Shown piece by piece: positions 40,427 through 49,533 of a stretch of DNA of 64,000 bases (the first letter of the stretch is position 1; every line of letters begins with the position of its first letter). The notes beneath the pieces are model-generated. The model saw only the letters and a program-made list of their open reading frames with translations. It was not told where the DNA came from and did no database searches. This DNA is from Candidatus Bathyarchaeia archaeon (GTDB lineage Archaea; Thermoproteota; Bathyarchaeia; Bathyarchaeales; Bathycorpusculaceae). The position numbers and the translations under genes were made by a program. The DNA lies in assembly GCA_049515895.1 (NCBI GenBank), contig JBEKTQ010000006.1, forward strand, positions 64,234 to 128,233, read 5' to 3'.

Positions 40427-40979
40427 CTCCGAAGGTGTAAAACCAGCTTTTCCAGTGAGGATTTCCATTTATCATGCGGCTCAAGATGACCCCAAAAAAA
40501 ATACTGCTCTAAGACTAAAACGTCGAGGGCTAGCGAGAATAGTTACCAAGGTAAGGTTTTTGCCAAAGAGAGCCATCGTGCTGAACCCTTTTGGCGAAAT
40601 CGCATTTTCTCCAGCAGACAGGGACCGGCTTTTGCATTTTGGTTTGGCGGCGTTGGATTGCAGTTGGGAACAAGCCCAAAAAGTTATGAGTGAACACGTT
40701 AAAGGAACCAGTCGCTGCCTCCCCATCCTTATCGCAGGCAACCCAGTGAACTTTGGAAAACTTACAAAACTGACCACCGCTGAAGCCATAGCCGCTTCTC
40801 TGTATATTGCTGGTTTTAAGAAGGAGGCGGAAGAGCTTTTGTCGATTTTTACGTGGGGACACACGTTTTTCGAGTTAAACGGTGAGTTGCTTGACAATTA
40901 TGCAATGGCAAAAGACAGCAGTGAGATAGTGGAGATGCAGACGAGGCTTATTAAAATGAAAAGATGCAGTGAAAACTGA
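40416..40979 (+). CDS. tsr3: 16S rRNA aminocarboxypropyltransferase (DUF367)
   Basis: DPKKNT, LDCSW, LIAGNPVNFGK..L.TAEA, F.WGHTF. Confidence 0.92.
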   Translation: MEANSEGVKPAFPVRISIYHAAQDDPKKNTALRLKRRGLARIVTKVRFLPKRAIVLNPFGEIAFSPADRDRLLHFGLAALDCSWEQAQKVMSEHVKGTSRCLPILIAGNPVNFGKLTKLTTAEAIAASLYIAGFKKEAEELLSIFTWGHTFFELNGELLDNYAMAKDSSEIVEMQTRLIKMKRCSEN

Positions 40980-41004
40980 GTTTTGGTGATGCTTTCGTAT
41001 ACGG
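40970..41004 (+). repeat. 35-bp motif copy 5, supplying the tsr3 stop codon
   Basis: TGAAAACTGAGTTTTGGTGATGCTTTCGTATACGG. Confidence 0.85.
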
Positions 41005-41031
41005 CAGGTAAAACATGCTAATTAGCAACGA

Positions 41032-41685
41032 ATGCTTAAACAAACACTAATCGGTCATATTGGCCGTTTGAAGGAAAACCGCATGCAGAAAAGCCAGGAA
41101 AACGCTGACGTTGAACATTTCAACCGCAGAGCAGCAACCTATGAGACTGCAAGTAGTCAGGGCTACTTCTTTGACAGAGTTCAGAGAAGAGTTATACAGT
41201 TGGCTAAAGACCAAAGTAACCCAGAAGTTGTTATGGATGTTGGCTGCGGCACAGGCCGATTGCTTAGAAAAGCCAAGAAGCAGTGGCCAAACGCAAGGTT
41301 AGTGAGTTTTGACGCAGCTAAGAAAATGATAGATCAGGCAACGCAACTTTTTCCAGAAGCAGAATTTCATGTTGCTATGGCTGAAGCTTTGCCTCCGCCC
41401 GAAGCCTCTGTTGACCTTGCCTTCAGCACTCTTTCATTCCATCATTGGACAAATCAAACCAAAGGAATCAATGAAGTTGCTCGTGTTTTGCGACCGCATG
41501 GAAGGTTTGTGCTGGCCGATATTGTTATACCGCACTGGCTGTCATTTTTTGTAAGAAACTTCAGACATAACAGCCCAGCAAGGATACGAGACATGTTTAC
41601 GCAAGCAGGTTTAGCTGTAGAACTTCAACAGCAGCCCTGGCGATGGTCACGGGTTCTCCTAATAACCGTTGGAAGGAAACTCTAA
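41032..41685 (+). CDS. Class I SAM-dependent methyltransferase
   Basis: MDVGCGTG, FHHW, VLRPHG; likely start 41083. Confidence 0.88.
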   Translation: MLKQTLIGHIGRLKENRMQKSQENADVEHFNRRAATYETASSQGYFFDRVQRRVIQLAKDQSNPEVVMDVGCGTGRLLRKAKKQWPNARLVSFDAAKKMIDQATQLFPEAEFHVAMAEALPPPEASVDLAFSTLSFHHWTNQTKGINEVARVLRPHGRFVLADIVIPHWLSFFVRNFRHNSPARIRDMFTQAGLAVELQQQPWRWSRVLLITVGRKL

Positions 41686-41689
41686 AACC

Positions 41690-42322
41690 ATGGCTTTCAT
41701 CACTAACGAATACCTGTTCTTTGCCTCAGTCTTGGTAATTTCTCTGTCAGGTGTACTTATGCCAGGACCCTTATTCGCAGCAACTATTCAGCAAGCGACA
41801 AAACGCAAGTCCGCCGGAATATTAATTGCCGTGGGACATGCAGTTGTCGAGTTTCCACTTATGTTTCTAATCTATTTCATCCTCACCCAATTTAGCATTC
41901 CCAGTGATGCCCAGTTTGCTGTGGGACTGATTGGCGGGCTCTTGATGGTTTTCATGGGCATTCAAACGTTAAGAAACAAGAATAAAACCCAAGAAAACCA
42001 GGTTTCACAAAAAAGAGACTCATTGTTTGCTGGAATTTACACTACAGCGATGAACGCTGGCTTTATTCTTTGGTGGCTTACGATTGGAACCACCCTTATA
42101 CTCAATGCTCAACTTTTTGGGCTAATTGGCTTCTCCATTTTTGCAGGCATTCATTGGCTATGCGACCTTTCCTGGTACACCGTTACTGCACTTGTAGTCT
42201 TCGGGTCTCAACGTTTCTGGACAGCGCGCACCCGTTCAGGGATCACGCTTTTCTGCGCCGCCGTCTTCATCGGCTTCGGAGCATACTTTGCGGGTTCAGC
42301 GTTATGGTTGATATTAGCATAG
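41690..42322 (+). CDS. LysE family transporter
   Basis: SGVLMPGPL, GHAVVE, WW..IG. Confidence 0.85.
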   Translation: MAFITNEYLFFASVLVISLSGVLMPGPLFAATIQQATKRKSAGILIAVGHAVVEFPLMFLIYFILTQFSIPSDAQFAVGLIGGLLMVFMGIQTLRNKNKTQENQVSQKRDSLFAGIYTTAMNAGFILWWLTIGTTLILNAQLFGLIGFSIFAGIHWLCDLSWYTVTALVVFGSQRFWTARTRSGITLFCAAVFIGFGAYFAGSALWLILA

Positions 42323-42343
42323 TTAAATAGCGTTTAGCAGTAA

Positions 42344-42907
42344 GTGGTAGATATGGAATTTCAAGTTGGAAAAACCGTTTTGCAAATAATCAGGGGAGAC
42401 ATAACGGATGTTGACGCAGAAGCGATTGTGAATGCCGCAAATTCCTCGCTGATGGGGGGCGGCGGAGTTGACGGCGCAATACATCGCAAGGGCGGACCCA
42501 AAATCGATGAGGAGTGCAGGCGAATAAGGGAGACAGAGTGGCCTGATGGTCTTCCGACGGGGAAAGCCGTTATTACGTCAGGCGGCAACTTAAAGGCGAA
42601 GCATGTGATTCACACGGTCGGGCCTGTTTGGCTCGGCGGTTTCCATGTTGAGGCCGAACTTCTTAAGCAAGCGTACAGAAACTCGTTGAAGCTTGCCGCT
42701 GCCAAAGGGCTCAAAGTAATCGCTTTTCCTTCAATCAGTACAGGAGCGTACGGTTACCCGATTGAAGAAGCTAGCCGTATAGCTATGAAAACGGTGAAGG
42801 ATTTTTTGGAAAAAGAAGACAAGCTGGATAGGGTTATCTTGGTTTTATTTTCTGAAAGCGACTTCCAAGTTTACGAGGAAACTGCTAAGTCGATTTTGGT
42901 GGATTAG
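42344..42907 (+). CDS. Macrodomain O-acetyl-ADP-ribose deacetylase (YmdB-like)
   Basis: GDIT, NAAN, GGGGVDGAI, HTVGP, PSISTGAYG. Confidence 0.92.
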   Translation: MVDMEFQVGKTVLQIIRGDITDVDAEAIVNAANSSLMGGGGVDGAIHRKGGPKIDEECRRIRETEWPDGLPTGKAVITSGGNLKAKHVIHTVGPVWLGGFHVEAELLKQAYRNSLKLAAAKGLKVIAFPSISTGAYGYPIEEASRIAMKTVKDFLEKEDKLDRVILVLFSESDFQVYEETAKSILVD

Positions 42908-43095
42908 CTAATACGGCATTTTATAAACTGTTGGCGGTCGTCAAGGCGTTTTTCTGTTGTAGGTTTGTCGCGGTCACATATCGATGATTTGTTTTGTTCA
43001 ACAGTAAGGCTTGGATCTGATTCACTGAAAACGCTTAAATATTGAATATTACGATATGCTGTATTGGATCTCTTTACAATAAGGAAGATGATAAG

Positions 43096-43476
43096 ATGGG
43101 TCAGTATGAAATATCATTAGATCCTTCTGCTGGAATTTCATTGACGAATTGGCATGCGGAAGAATGTTTTGAAGATGCAGTTGGGCAGGCGATAAATGCC
43201 ATTCTTTCTAGCTTAGGAGAAAACACTAAACAAGCCATTTATAGCCACCTGGAAAACGCCTACGGGATAAACAAAGATGATATTCCAGGCAAAATTGAAG
43301 TTTTCGCGAAAGCTATTGAGGAAACTTTCGGTTTAGTTGGCAAACTGATTGAGATAAAAATAATTGAAAAGCTGCACTCCCAATACGTGGATTTCCACTT
43401 CGCCCCGAAAAATGGAGAACTAGATTTCGTTGAATACATTACTCATCTGCAAAACAGTTTAGAGCTAAAAATCTAA
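43096..43476 (+). CDS. Small helical hypothetical protein
   Basis: LSSLGE..KQAIY.HLE..YGI..DIP..FAKAIEETFG pattern, recalled from TACK signalling-associated small proteins; unverified. Confidence 0.6.
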   Translation: MGQYEISLDPSAGISLTNWHAEECFEDAVGQAINAILSSLGENTKQAIYSHLENAYGINKDDIPGKIEVFAKAIEETFGLVGKLIEIKIIEKLHSQYVDFHFAPKNGELDFVEYITHLQNSLELKI

Positions 43477-43527
43477 AATCTGCAGAAACTGAAGCTTGCT
43501 TTTGGCAAAGCTGCACGAGTTTTCTTT

Positions 43528-44073
43528 TCAGCTGTTTGTGGTTTGCATTTGGATCAGCGAGTACATGTCGTATTTGCCGTCTATTAGTTTTCTTCCTTCC
43601 AGATAGCAGAGCTCAATCAAGAAACCTAAGCCCACGACTTCGCCGCCAAGTTTTTCGACTAGATCAATGTTTGCCTTCATGGTTCCGCCGGTTGCTAGTA
43701 AGTCATCGATAAGCAAGATTTTCTGTCCCTTTTCAATAGCGTCTTCATGGATCTCGATTACGTCAGATTCGTATTCTTTCTTGTACAAAAGTTCGACGCA
43801 TCTGGAGGGCAACTTGCCTTTTTTCCTTATAGGCACGAAGCCGACGCCCAACTCATAGGCTACAGCCGCGCCGATGATGAAGCCTCTTGCCTCGTTTGAA
43901 ACAACCAAATCGACGTGTTCTTTCCTGAAATGATCGGCTAACTGCTTTACGCTTTCATGCAGCGAATCCGTGTCTTTTAAGAGCGGCGTTATATCCCAGA
44001 ATACCACGCCTTTAAACTGTGATATCCTTCTAACTTTAGATTTTAAGTCCATTTTCTTGTCGGGTTTACTCAC
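43528..44073 (-). CDS. apt: Adenine phosphoribosyltransferase
   Basis: FWDITPLL, EARGF, RKKGKLP, IDDLLATGGT. Confidence 0.93.
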   Translation of the reverse strand: MSKPDKKMDLKSKVRRISQFKGVVFWDITPLLKDTDSLHESVKQLADHFRKEHVDLVVSNEARGFIIGAAVAYELGVGFVPIRKKGKLPSRCVELLYKKEYESDVIEIHEDAIEKGQKILLIDDLLATGGTMKANIDLVEKLGGEVVGLGFLIELCYLEGRKLIDGKYDMYSLIQMQTTNS

Positions 44074-44088
44074 GTTCGGGTCCTCCTT

Positions 44089-44880
44089 TCAGACGAATGC
44101 TCCTTTCAAGGCTTCTCCACATGTGCAGCTGGATTCGTTCGGCAGTTTGGTAACGGTTTCGGCGATTATGTGCTTTACATTTTCGATGTTTGTTTTCATT
44201 ACTTTGATAACCTCGTCGACGCAGACTGGGTGGTCCTTCCAGACATCGTAGTCTGTCACGGTTGATATGGATGCGTAGCATATTTCTGCTTCTCTTGCAA
44301 GCACGCATTCAGGAACCAAGGTCATGCCGACAACGTCTGCACCCCATTGTTGATACATTTTTGATTCAGCCTTGGTGGAGAAACGTGACCCTTCAATGCA
44401 GACATAAGTCCCTGTGGGATGCATTTTTACTCCCAGCGTTTTGGCGACTGAGATCATGTTTTTTCTCAATTCTGGGCACATTGGCTCGGCGACGGTTATG
44501 TGGCAAACTCTGTCTTGGGTGTAAAATGATTCTTCACGTCTTGTTGTACGGTCTATGAATTGGTCGCAGAAAACGATTTCTCCTGGATGATACGCTTCCC
44601 GAAGAGACCCTACAGTGGAAGGAGCTAAGATGCGTCTTACTCCGAGTTTCTTTAATGCGAAAATGTTGGCTCTGACGTTGATGTCAGTTGGCCTGATTGT
44701 ATGCCTTTTGCCGTGTCTGGGTAAGAAAGCCACGCATTTGCCGCCTAACTCTCCCACGGTTATAGAATCCGAGGGGTTGCCATACGGCGTTTCCACCGTT
44801 ACTTCTTGAATATTCCTAAGAAGTTTAGGGTCATAAAGACCAGTGCCGCCGATTATCCCGATTTCTGCTTGCATGCCCAT
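44089..44880 (-). CDS. mtnP: 5'-methylthioadenosine phosphorylase
   Basis: GIIGGTG, PRHG, QFIDRT, GMT..PE, TDYD. Confidence 0.92.
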   Translation of the reverse strand: MGMQAEIGIIGGTGLYDPKLLRNIQEVTVETPYGNPSDSITVGELGGKCVAFLPRHGKRHTIRPTDINVRANIFALKKLGVRRILAPSTVGSLREAYHPGEIVFCDQFIDRTTRREESFYTQDRVCHITVAEPMCPELRKNMISVAKTLGVKMHPTGTYVCIEGSRFSTKAESKMYQQWGADVVGMTLVPECVLAREAEICYASISTVTDYDVWKDHPVCVDEVIKVMKTNIENVKHIIAETVTKLPNESSCTCGEALKGAFV

Positions 44881-45094
44881 TTACATTCAAACGTTGAACT
44901 TAAGAATAGCGATTTTTTTGCCTGAGAAATTTGTTTTGATTCTGTCTATGTTTGCTTGCGATTTATTTTGTAGTCTGTTGCAAGTTGTGAGCATATTTCT
45001 TTAGTTGCAAATGAACCCGAGATGAAGTGGGCCAAAAAATAACACAAATGCTTATCTTTAATGAACTGTAATTTTTGATAGGGCGCGCGAAATC

Positions 45095-45415
45095 ATGGAC
45101 GAGATGGAAGATTTTTTCCCAGCCTTAGAAGAGAAAGAGCTCAAAGAAGGCACAATGAAGCTAGTTTCGGTTGAAGACACGCCAATCTTACTCATTAAGC
45201 AGTTCGGTCAAATTTTCGCGATTGATAACCGGTGTCCACACCAAGGCTGCGGTTTCTCCGGAGGAAACTTGGATGGCACGGTAATTGTTTGTCCTTGCCA
45301 TGATTGGCGTTTTGATCTTAGAACAGCGGAATACGAAAAAGAACCCATGATGAAGCTGATGAAGTACGAGTGGATAATAAAAGAAGGCAAAATCTGGGTA
45401 AGGATTGAAGAATAA
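45095..45415 (+). CDS. Rieske [2Fe-2S] ferredoxin
   Basis: CPH...CPCH ligands. Confidence 0.9.
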   Translation: MDEMEDFFPALEEKELKEGTMKLVSVEDTPILLIKQFGQIFAIDNRCPHQGCGFSGGNLDGTVIVCPCHDWRFDLRTAEYEKEPMMKLMKYEWIIKEGKIWVRIEE

Positions 45416-45475
45416 AATTGTGCCTATTTGGCGATGGCTTAATATTAGTTTTTTTAATTAACGTTATTAAAGAAA

Positions 45476-45841
45476 TTGAGGCAAAACAACTTGGCAACAT
45501 TCACTCTGATAATTTATGAGGCGCCTTATGCAAAAGAAAGAGCTCTCTCTGCGCTTCGATTCGCGTGGACCTGCGACGTAGAAGGGCACGAAATAAGAAT
45601 CTGGCTGTTTGAAAATGGCGTTTACCTAGCCAAGAAAGGACAAAAACCCGCCCAAGGCTTAACCAACTATGGGCAAATGTTAGAGGACCTGATGAAAGGT
45701 GGGGCGGAAGTCAAAGCCTGCGTCGTCTGCTGCGAAGCACGCGGTCTAACCCAAGGTGACCTTATTGAGGGAGTAAAAATCGCAACCGTACATGAGCTTG
45801 TCGAGTGGACCGTGAACAGCGATAAAGTAATCACCTTTTAG
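45476..45841 (+). CDS. DsrE/TusD-like sulfur relay protein
   Basis: APY..AL.FA, ENGV, CVVCCEARG. Confidence 0.88.
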   Translation: MRQNNLATFTLIIYEAPYAKERALSALRFAWTCDVEGHEIRIWLFENGVYLAKKGQKPAQGLTNYGQMLEDLMKGGAEVKACVVCCEARGLTQGDLIEGVKIATVHELVEWTVNSDKVITF

Positions 45842-45850
45842 TGACCTTCC

Positions 45851-46075
45851 TTGGCAATTGAAAAGTTAGATGTCAGAGGAAAAATGTGCCCTATGCCAGT
45901 GGCTTTTACAAAACGCAAACTGGCAAGTATGGCTTCTGGACAAATACTCGAGGTTGTTGGAGAAGGAGAGTTGGAGTTTAATAACATTCAACATTGGGTT
46001 AAGAATAACGGAAACGAAGTTATAGAAGCCTCTAAATCTGAAACCGAGTTTAAGATTTTGATTCGAAAACGCTGA
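45851..46075 (+). CDS. tusA: TusA/SirA family sulfur carrier
   Basis: LDVRGKMCPMP. Confidence 0.9.
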   Translation: MAIEKLDVRGKMCPMPVAFTKRKLASMASGQILEVVGEGELEFNNIQHWVKNNGNEVIEASKSETEFKILIRKR

Positions 46076-46096
46076 GTGTTAGGGAGGAAAATTTGA

Positions 46097-47116
46097 TTGG
46101 GCTATCGATTAACAAAAGTCGTTTCAGTTCATGGTTGCAGCTGTAAGCTTCCTCAGTACCAACTTGGCAGACTACTTGATAACGCGGGTTTATCAGGTGA
46201 TTTCGACGAAGCGGTGCTAGCAGGTCCATGGGAAAACTCCAGTGTCGTAGAAATAGCCAAAGGAATTGCAGTTTTGAACACTTTGGATTTCTTCACCCCG
46301 ATTGTTGATGAACCAGAGATTCAAGGCAGAATTGCAGGAAGCAACGTGACCAGCGACATTTACGCCATGGCCGTAACCCACATAGTTAGTGTCTTGTCGA
46401 TTATGGCGTTTCCGGAAAATATGCCTGACGAGTTAGCCGTGGGAATGCTAAAAGGGTTTGGTGACTTCTGCCGCGAGATGGGAGCTCCGGTGGTTGGCGG
46501 GCACACGATTAGGAATCCATGGCCCATTATCGGTGGCGCAGCAACTGGAGTCGGCGATCCAAATAAGATTGTGTACACCCGCGGTGCAAAGGTCGGCGAC
46601 AGACTATTTTTGACTAAGCCACTTGGGATAGCTCCCGCGATGGCTGCCTACAGGCTTAGAAAAGAATCTGAAGGACGAGAACTGCTAAAAGAAATCCCCG
46701 AAGAGATGGTCGAAGAGGCAGTTAATGAAGCCGTTGAAGGAATGATCAGTTCGAATAAGCCTGTTGCGGAAGCCATGCAGAAGGTTCCAGTTCACGCAGC
46801 CACCGATGTCACAGGCTTCGGGCTCAAAGGTCACGCCGAGAACATGGCACTTCTCGGAAAAGTGGACATTGTTATTGACCATTTGGCTGTGATTCGTGGG
46901 ACACCTCGTTTGGCGGAACTTTTCGGTTACCCATTGTTGACTGGTGAAGCAAAGGAAACTGCAGGTGGAATGCTCATTGCCGTTGCAATAGAAGACGAAG
47001 ATGCCCTGATGAGCGAGTTGGATAAACGGAAAGTTAGGCATTTTGACGTTGGCTATGTGACAAAAGGCAATGGCAACGTGAACGTTCTAAAAGACACGAA
47101 AGTCACTGAAGCATAA
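46097..47116 (+). CDS. selD: Selenophosphate synthetase family protein, Cys form
   Basis: HGCSCK, DFFTPIVD, SDIYAM, GGHT, TKPLG, TDVTGFGL.GH, ETAGG; codon 14 is TGC. Confidence 0.92.
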   Translation: MGYRLTKVVSVHGCSCKLPQYQLGRLLDNAGLSGDFDEAVLAGPWENSSVVEIAKGIAVLNTLDFFTPIVDEPEIQGRIAGSNVTSDIYAMAVTHIVSVLSIMAFPENMPDELAVGMLKGFGDFCREMGAPVVGGHTIRNPWPIIGGAATGVGDPNKIVYTRGAKVGDRLFLTKPLGIAPAMAAYRLRKESEGRELLKEIPEEMVEEAVNEAVEGMISSNKPVAEAMQKVPVHAATDVTGFGLKGHAENMALLGKVDIVIDHLAVIRGTPRLAELFGYPLLTGEAKETAGGMLIAVAIEDEDALMSELDKRKVRHFDVGYVTKGNGNVNVLKDTKVTEA

Positions 47117-47170
47117 AGCAATCGCTAACCTTAATTCTGTTTATCCAATAGTTAAGAGAGGCGGCTAACA

Positions 47171-47500
47171 ATGAAAAAGTTGGACTATGCAGTTAAACTT
47201 TGGATGGTCAACGATAAGGGCGAATCAGTTTTCGGCGACGGCTTAGCTGAACTTCTGGAAGAGATAGACAGGTGCCATTCAATGTTGAAAGCTGCTGAAA
47301 ATTTGGAAATGTCTTACCGATATGCATTGCATCGGATTACATTGGCAGAAGACCGGCTTGGGCAGTTGTTGGTTATACGGCTTCGAGGTGGGGCGAAGGG
47401 CGGAGGATCGTCGGCGGTTACAGATTTCGGTAAAGATTTGGTTAAAAGATACCGGAGTGCTCAAGCAGAGCTTGGCAGGGAACTGAAAGAAATGCCGTGA
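47171..47500 (+). CDS. ModE-type winged-helix regulator (N-terminal domain only)
   Basis: FGDG..LL..I..S..KAA..L.MSYR..RGG..GG.S..T..G. Confidence 0.88.
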   Translation: MKKLDYAVKLWMVNDKGESVFGDGLAELLEEIDRCHSMLKAAENLEMSYRYALHRITLAEDRLGQLLVIRLRGGAKGGGSSAVTDFGKDLVKRYRSAQAELGRELKEMP

Positions 47501-47545
47501 GCGACGCTAAGTTTAACCTTTTGCATAAGCCCTGATGTGATATCT

Positions 47546-47568
47546 CGTTATTTTTGTTTGTAGCAACG
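47546..47568. promoter_or_regulatory. Putative ModE-like operator
   Basis: CGTTAT-N11-GCAACG just upstream of a TTTATA box (47586) before modA; imperfect match to the bacterial ModE box. Confidence 0.35.
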
Positions 47569-47630
47569 TATGTTTCAAAGAAATGTTTATAGGGCGACTT
47601 TACTGACTGATAACATCGAGTATATGGAAC

Positions 47631-48659
47631 ATGAATAATAAGTATGTCGCAGTAGCGTTGGTAGTCATAATAATAATGGCCTCAGCAATAGGTTATTTGG
47701 CGTACAAAGGCACATTCTCAGCCAGCTCCAACACTTCTTCTACACCTGCTCCAACGACAACTGCATCCCCTTCACCCACGCCTGTTCCAATACCTACGAC
47801 CAAACTCTCGCCCACAGCATCACCCACAACAACGGCCACACCCACCCCAACAGGGTCTCCGACGCCTCAGCCAACACCCACTCCTCAACCTGTAACTCTA
47901 ACAATATTCGCCGCATCAAGTTTAACCAACGTTATTGCAAACATGACAGCAGCATTTGACAAAGAATACAACTGCAACATAGTAGTCAACCCTGGCTCAT
48001 CCAGCACACTTGAAGCGCAAATTGCTGCAGGCTCCCCATGCGATGTCTTCATGTCCGCAGACATCAAATGGACCAACACATTGAACATCTCCACCCTCAT
48101 TTACAACAACCTTTACACTAATTTCACCACAAACAGCCTCTGCGTAATTCTGGCGCAGGGCAACCCGAAAAACATTACATCACTAGCAGATCTAGCTTCC
48201 ACCGCTACAGGCGCTAATAAAATACATCTCGTAATAGCGCAAACATCAGTACCTGTTGGCTCATACACAAACCAAACACTGACAAAAATCAATAACACAT
48301 GGGGCAACCCGAGTTCTCCAAGCTACATCAACAACGGTTCTTACCTGAACTATTACACGAATTTCCAAAACAACGTCATCAATACGCTGCAAACCGATGA
48401 ACAAGTCGTTGGCGCAGTTAACCTCAACGTAGGAGTCGCCGACGCGGGCATCGTGTTCTATTCTGATGAGGTTTACGCTAACATGATCGGAACAACAGTG
48501 CAATTCCTTTCGATACCTTCCTCAGTAAACACTGCTGGCACCTATGGCATCTGCATACCTAGCGAAACGGCTCAACCGACTGTAGCACAAGAATTTTACA
48601 ATTACTGGCTTTCAAGCCAAGGACAAGCCTTACTGACAGAATTCGGGTTTGGGTTTTAA
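47631..48659 (+). CDS. modA: Molybdate/tungstate ABC transporter substrate-binding protein
   Basis: FAASSL, GSS..L..QI..G..DVFMSA, VPVG; N-terminal TM plus Pro/Thr linker. Confidence 0.9.
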   Translation: MNNKYVAVALVVIIIMASAIGYLAYKGTFSASSNTSSTPAPTTTASPSPTPVPIPTTKLSPTASPTTTATPTPTGSPTPQPTPTPQPVTLTIFAASSLTNVIANMTAAFDKEYNCNIVVNPGSSSTLEAQIAAGSPCDVFMSADIKWTNTLNISTLIYNNLYTNFTTNSLCVILAQGNPKNITSLADLASTATGANKIHLVIAQTSVPVGSYTNQTLTKINNTWGNPSSPSYINNGSYLNYYTNFQNNVINTLQTDEQVVGAVNLNVGVADAGIVFYSDEVYANMIGTTVQFLSIPSSVNTAGTYGICIPSETAQPTVAQEFYNYWLSSQGQALLTEFGFGF

Positions 48660-48714
48660 AAGTGATATTAAGCACACTCACACCCTTTTTTAACCAATCA
48701 ACCGGTGCGCAACA

Positions 48715-49533
48715 TTGAATCATGGCTTCGCAAATTCCCTGTCGAATAAAATCATAATTTTAATTATGGGTCTCATAGTACTAACATATCTTCTTTTCGT
48801 TACTTTGCCCATTTTAGCGGTTTTTCTAAAAATAGAACCAAGCCAGGTCAGCGCTCAACTTCGTAATGCTGGGATTATAGAAGCAATAAAACTAAGCTTA
48901 ATTACATCAGCCTCAGCGACTTTGATTGCTTTTGTCTTAGCAGTACCATCTGCCTATTTCATGGTGACAAGGAATTTTCCTGGAAAAACAATCCTTGACA
49001 CTCTAATGGATTTACCGATAGTGTTACCGCCTGCCGTAGCGGGCGTCGCACTGCTATACACATTTGCGCCCAAAGGACTATTGGGCCCCTTCTTCAACAA
49101 ACCTGGATTCATCATACCAGGGAGCACGATAGCGGTAGTAATTGCAGAAACTTTTGTAGCGTCCCCATTTCTATTTAGATCCGCCAAAATTGGATTTGAA
49201 AACATGGATAGAGACGTAATTAACAGTGCCAAAATGCTGTCAGGTTCTCGCCTTAAAGTATTTTTGACAATCACCTTCCCCCTATCAATACGTGCCATAA
49301 TTTCCGGAACCATGATGACGTGGGCCAGAGCTATGGGCGAGTTTGGCGCAACCCTAATGTTCGCGGGAAACATTGCGGGCATAACACAGACAATGCCCCT
49401 GGCGATCTACATGTTTCTGTATTCTGATCCTTTAGCGGGAATCATGTTATCTATCATTTTAATCATTATTTCATTTTCGATTCTTATAATCGTTAAGCTT
49501 CTTGATCAAAAAAAGTTTGGAGCTAAAAAATGA
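48715..49533 (+). CDS. modB: Molybdate ABC transporter permease
   Basis: LPIVLPPAVAG, WARAMGEFGAT, TQTMPL. Confidence 0.92.
   Translation: MNHGFANSLSNKIIILIMGLIVLTYLLFVTLPILAVFLKIEPSQVSAQLRNAGIIEAIKLSLITSASATLIAFVLAVPSAYFMVTRNFPGKTILDTLMDLPIVLPPAVAGVALLYTFAPKGLLGPFFNKPGFIIPGSTIAVVIAETFVASPFLFRSAKIGFENMDRDVINSAKMLSGSRLKVFLTITFPLSIRAIISGTMMTWARAMGEFGATLMFAGNIAGITQTMPLAIYMFLYSDPLAGIMLSIILIIISFSILIIVKLLDQKKFGAKK

Noticed and set aside
29101-41004. 35-bp motif as CRISPR repeats or integron attC sites
   Set aside because: Copies are kilobases apart in both orientations; no RYYYAAC/GTTRRRY hairpin structure and no integrase
46097-47170. Selenocysteine in SelD or a SECIS after it
   Set aside because: Active-site codon is TGC (46136-46138), the frame is open, and no convincing archaeal SECIS hairpin follows
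47740-47890. Repetitive C-rich DNA in modA
   Set aside because: Ordinary Pro/Thr linker of an archaeal membrane-anchored binding protein
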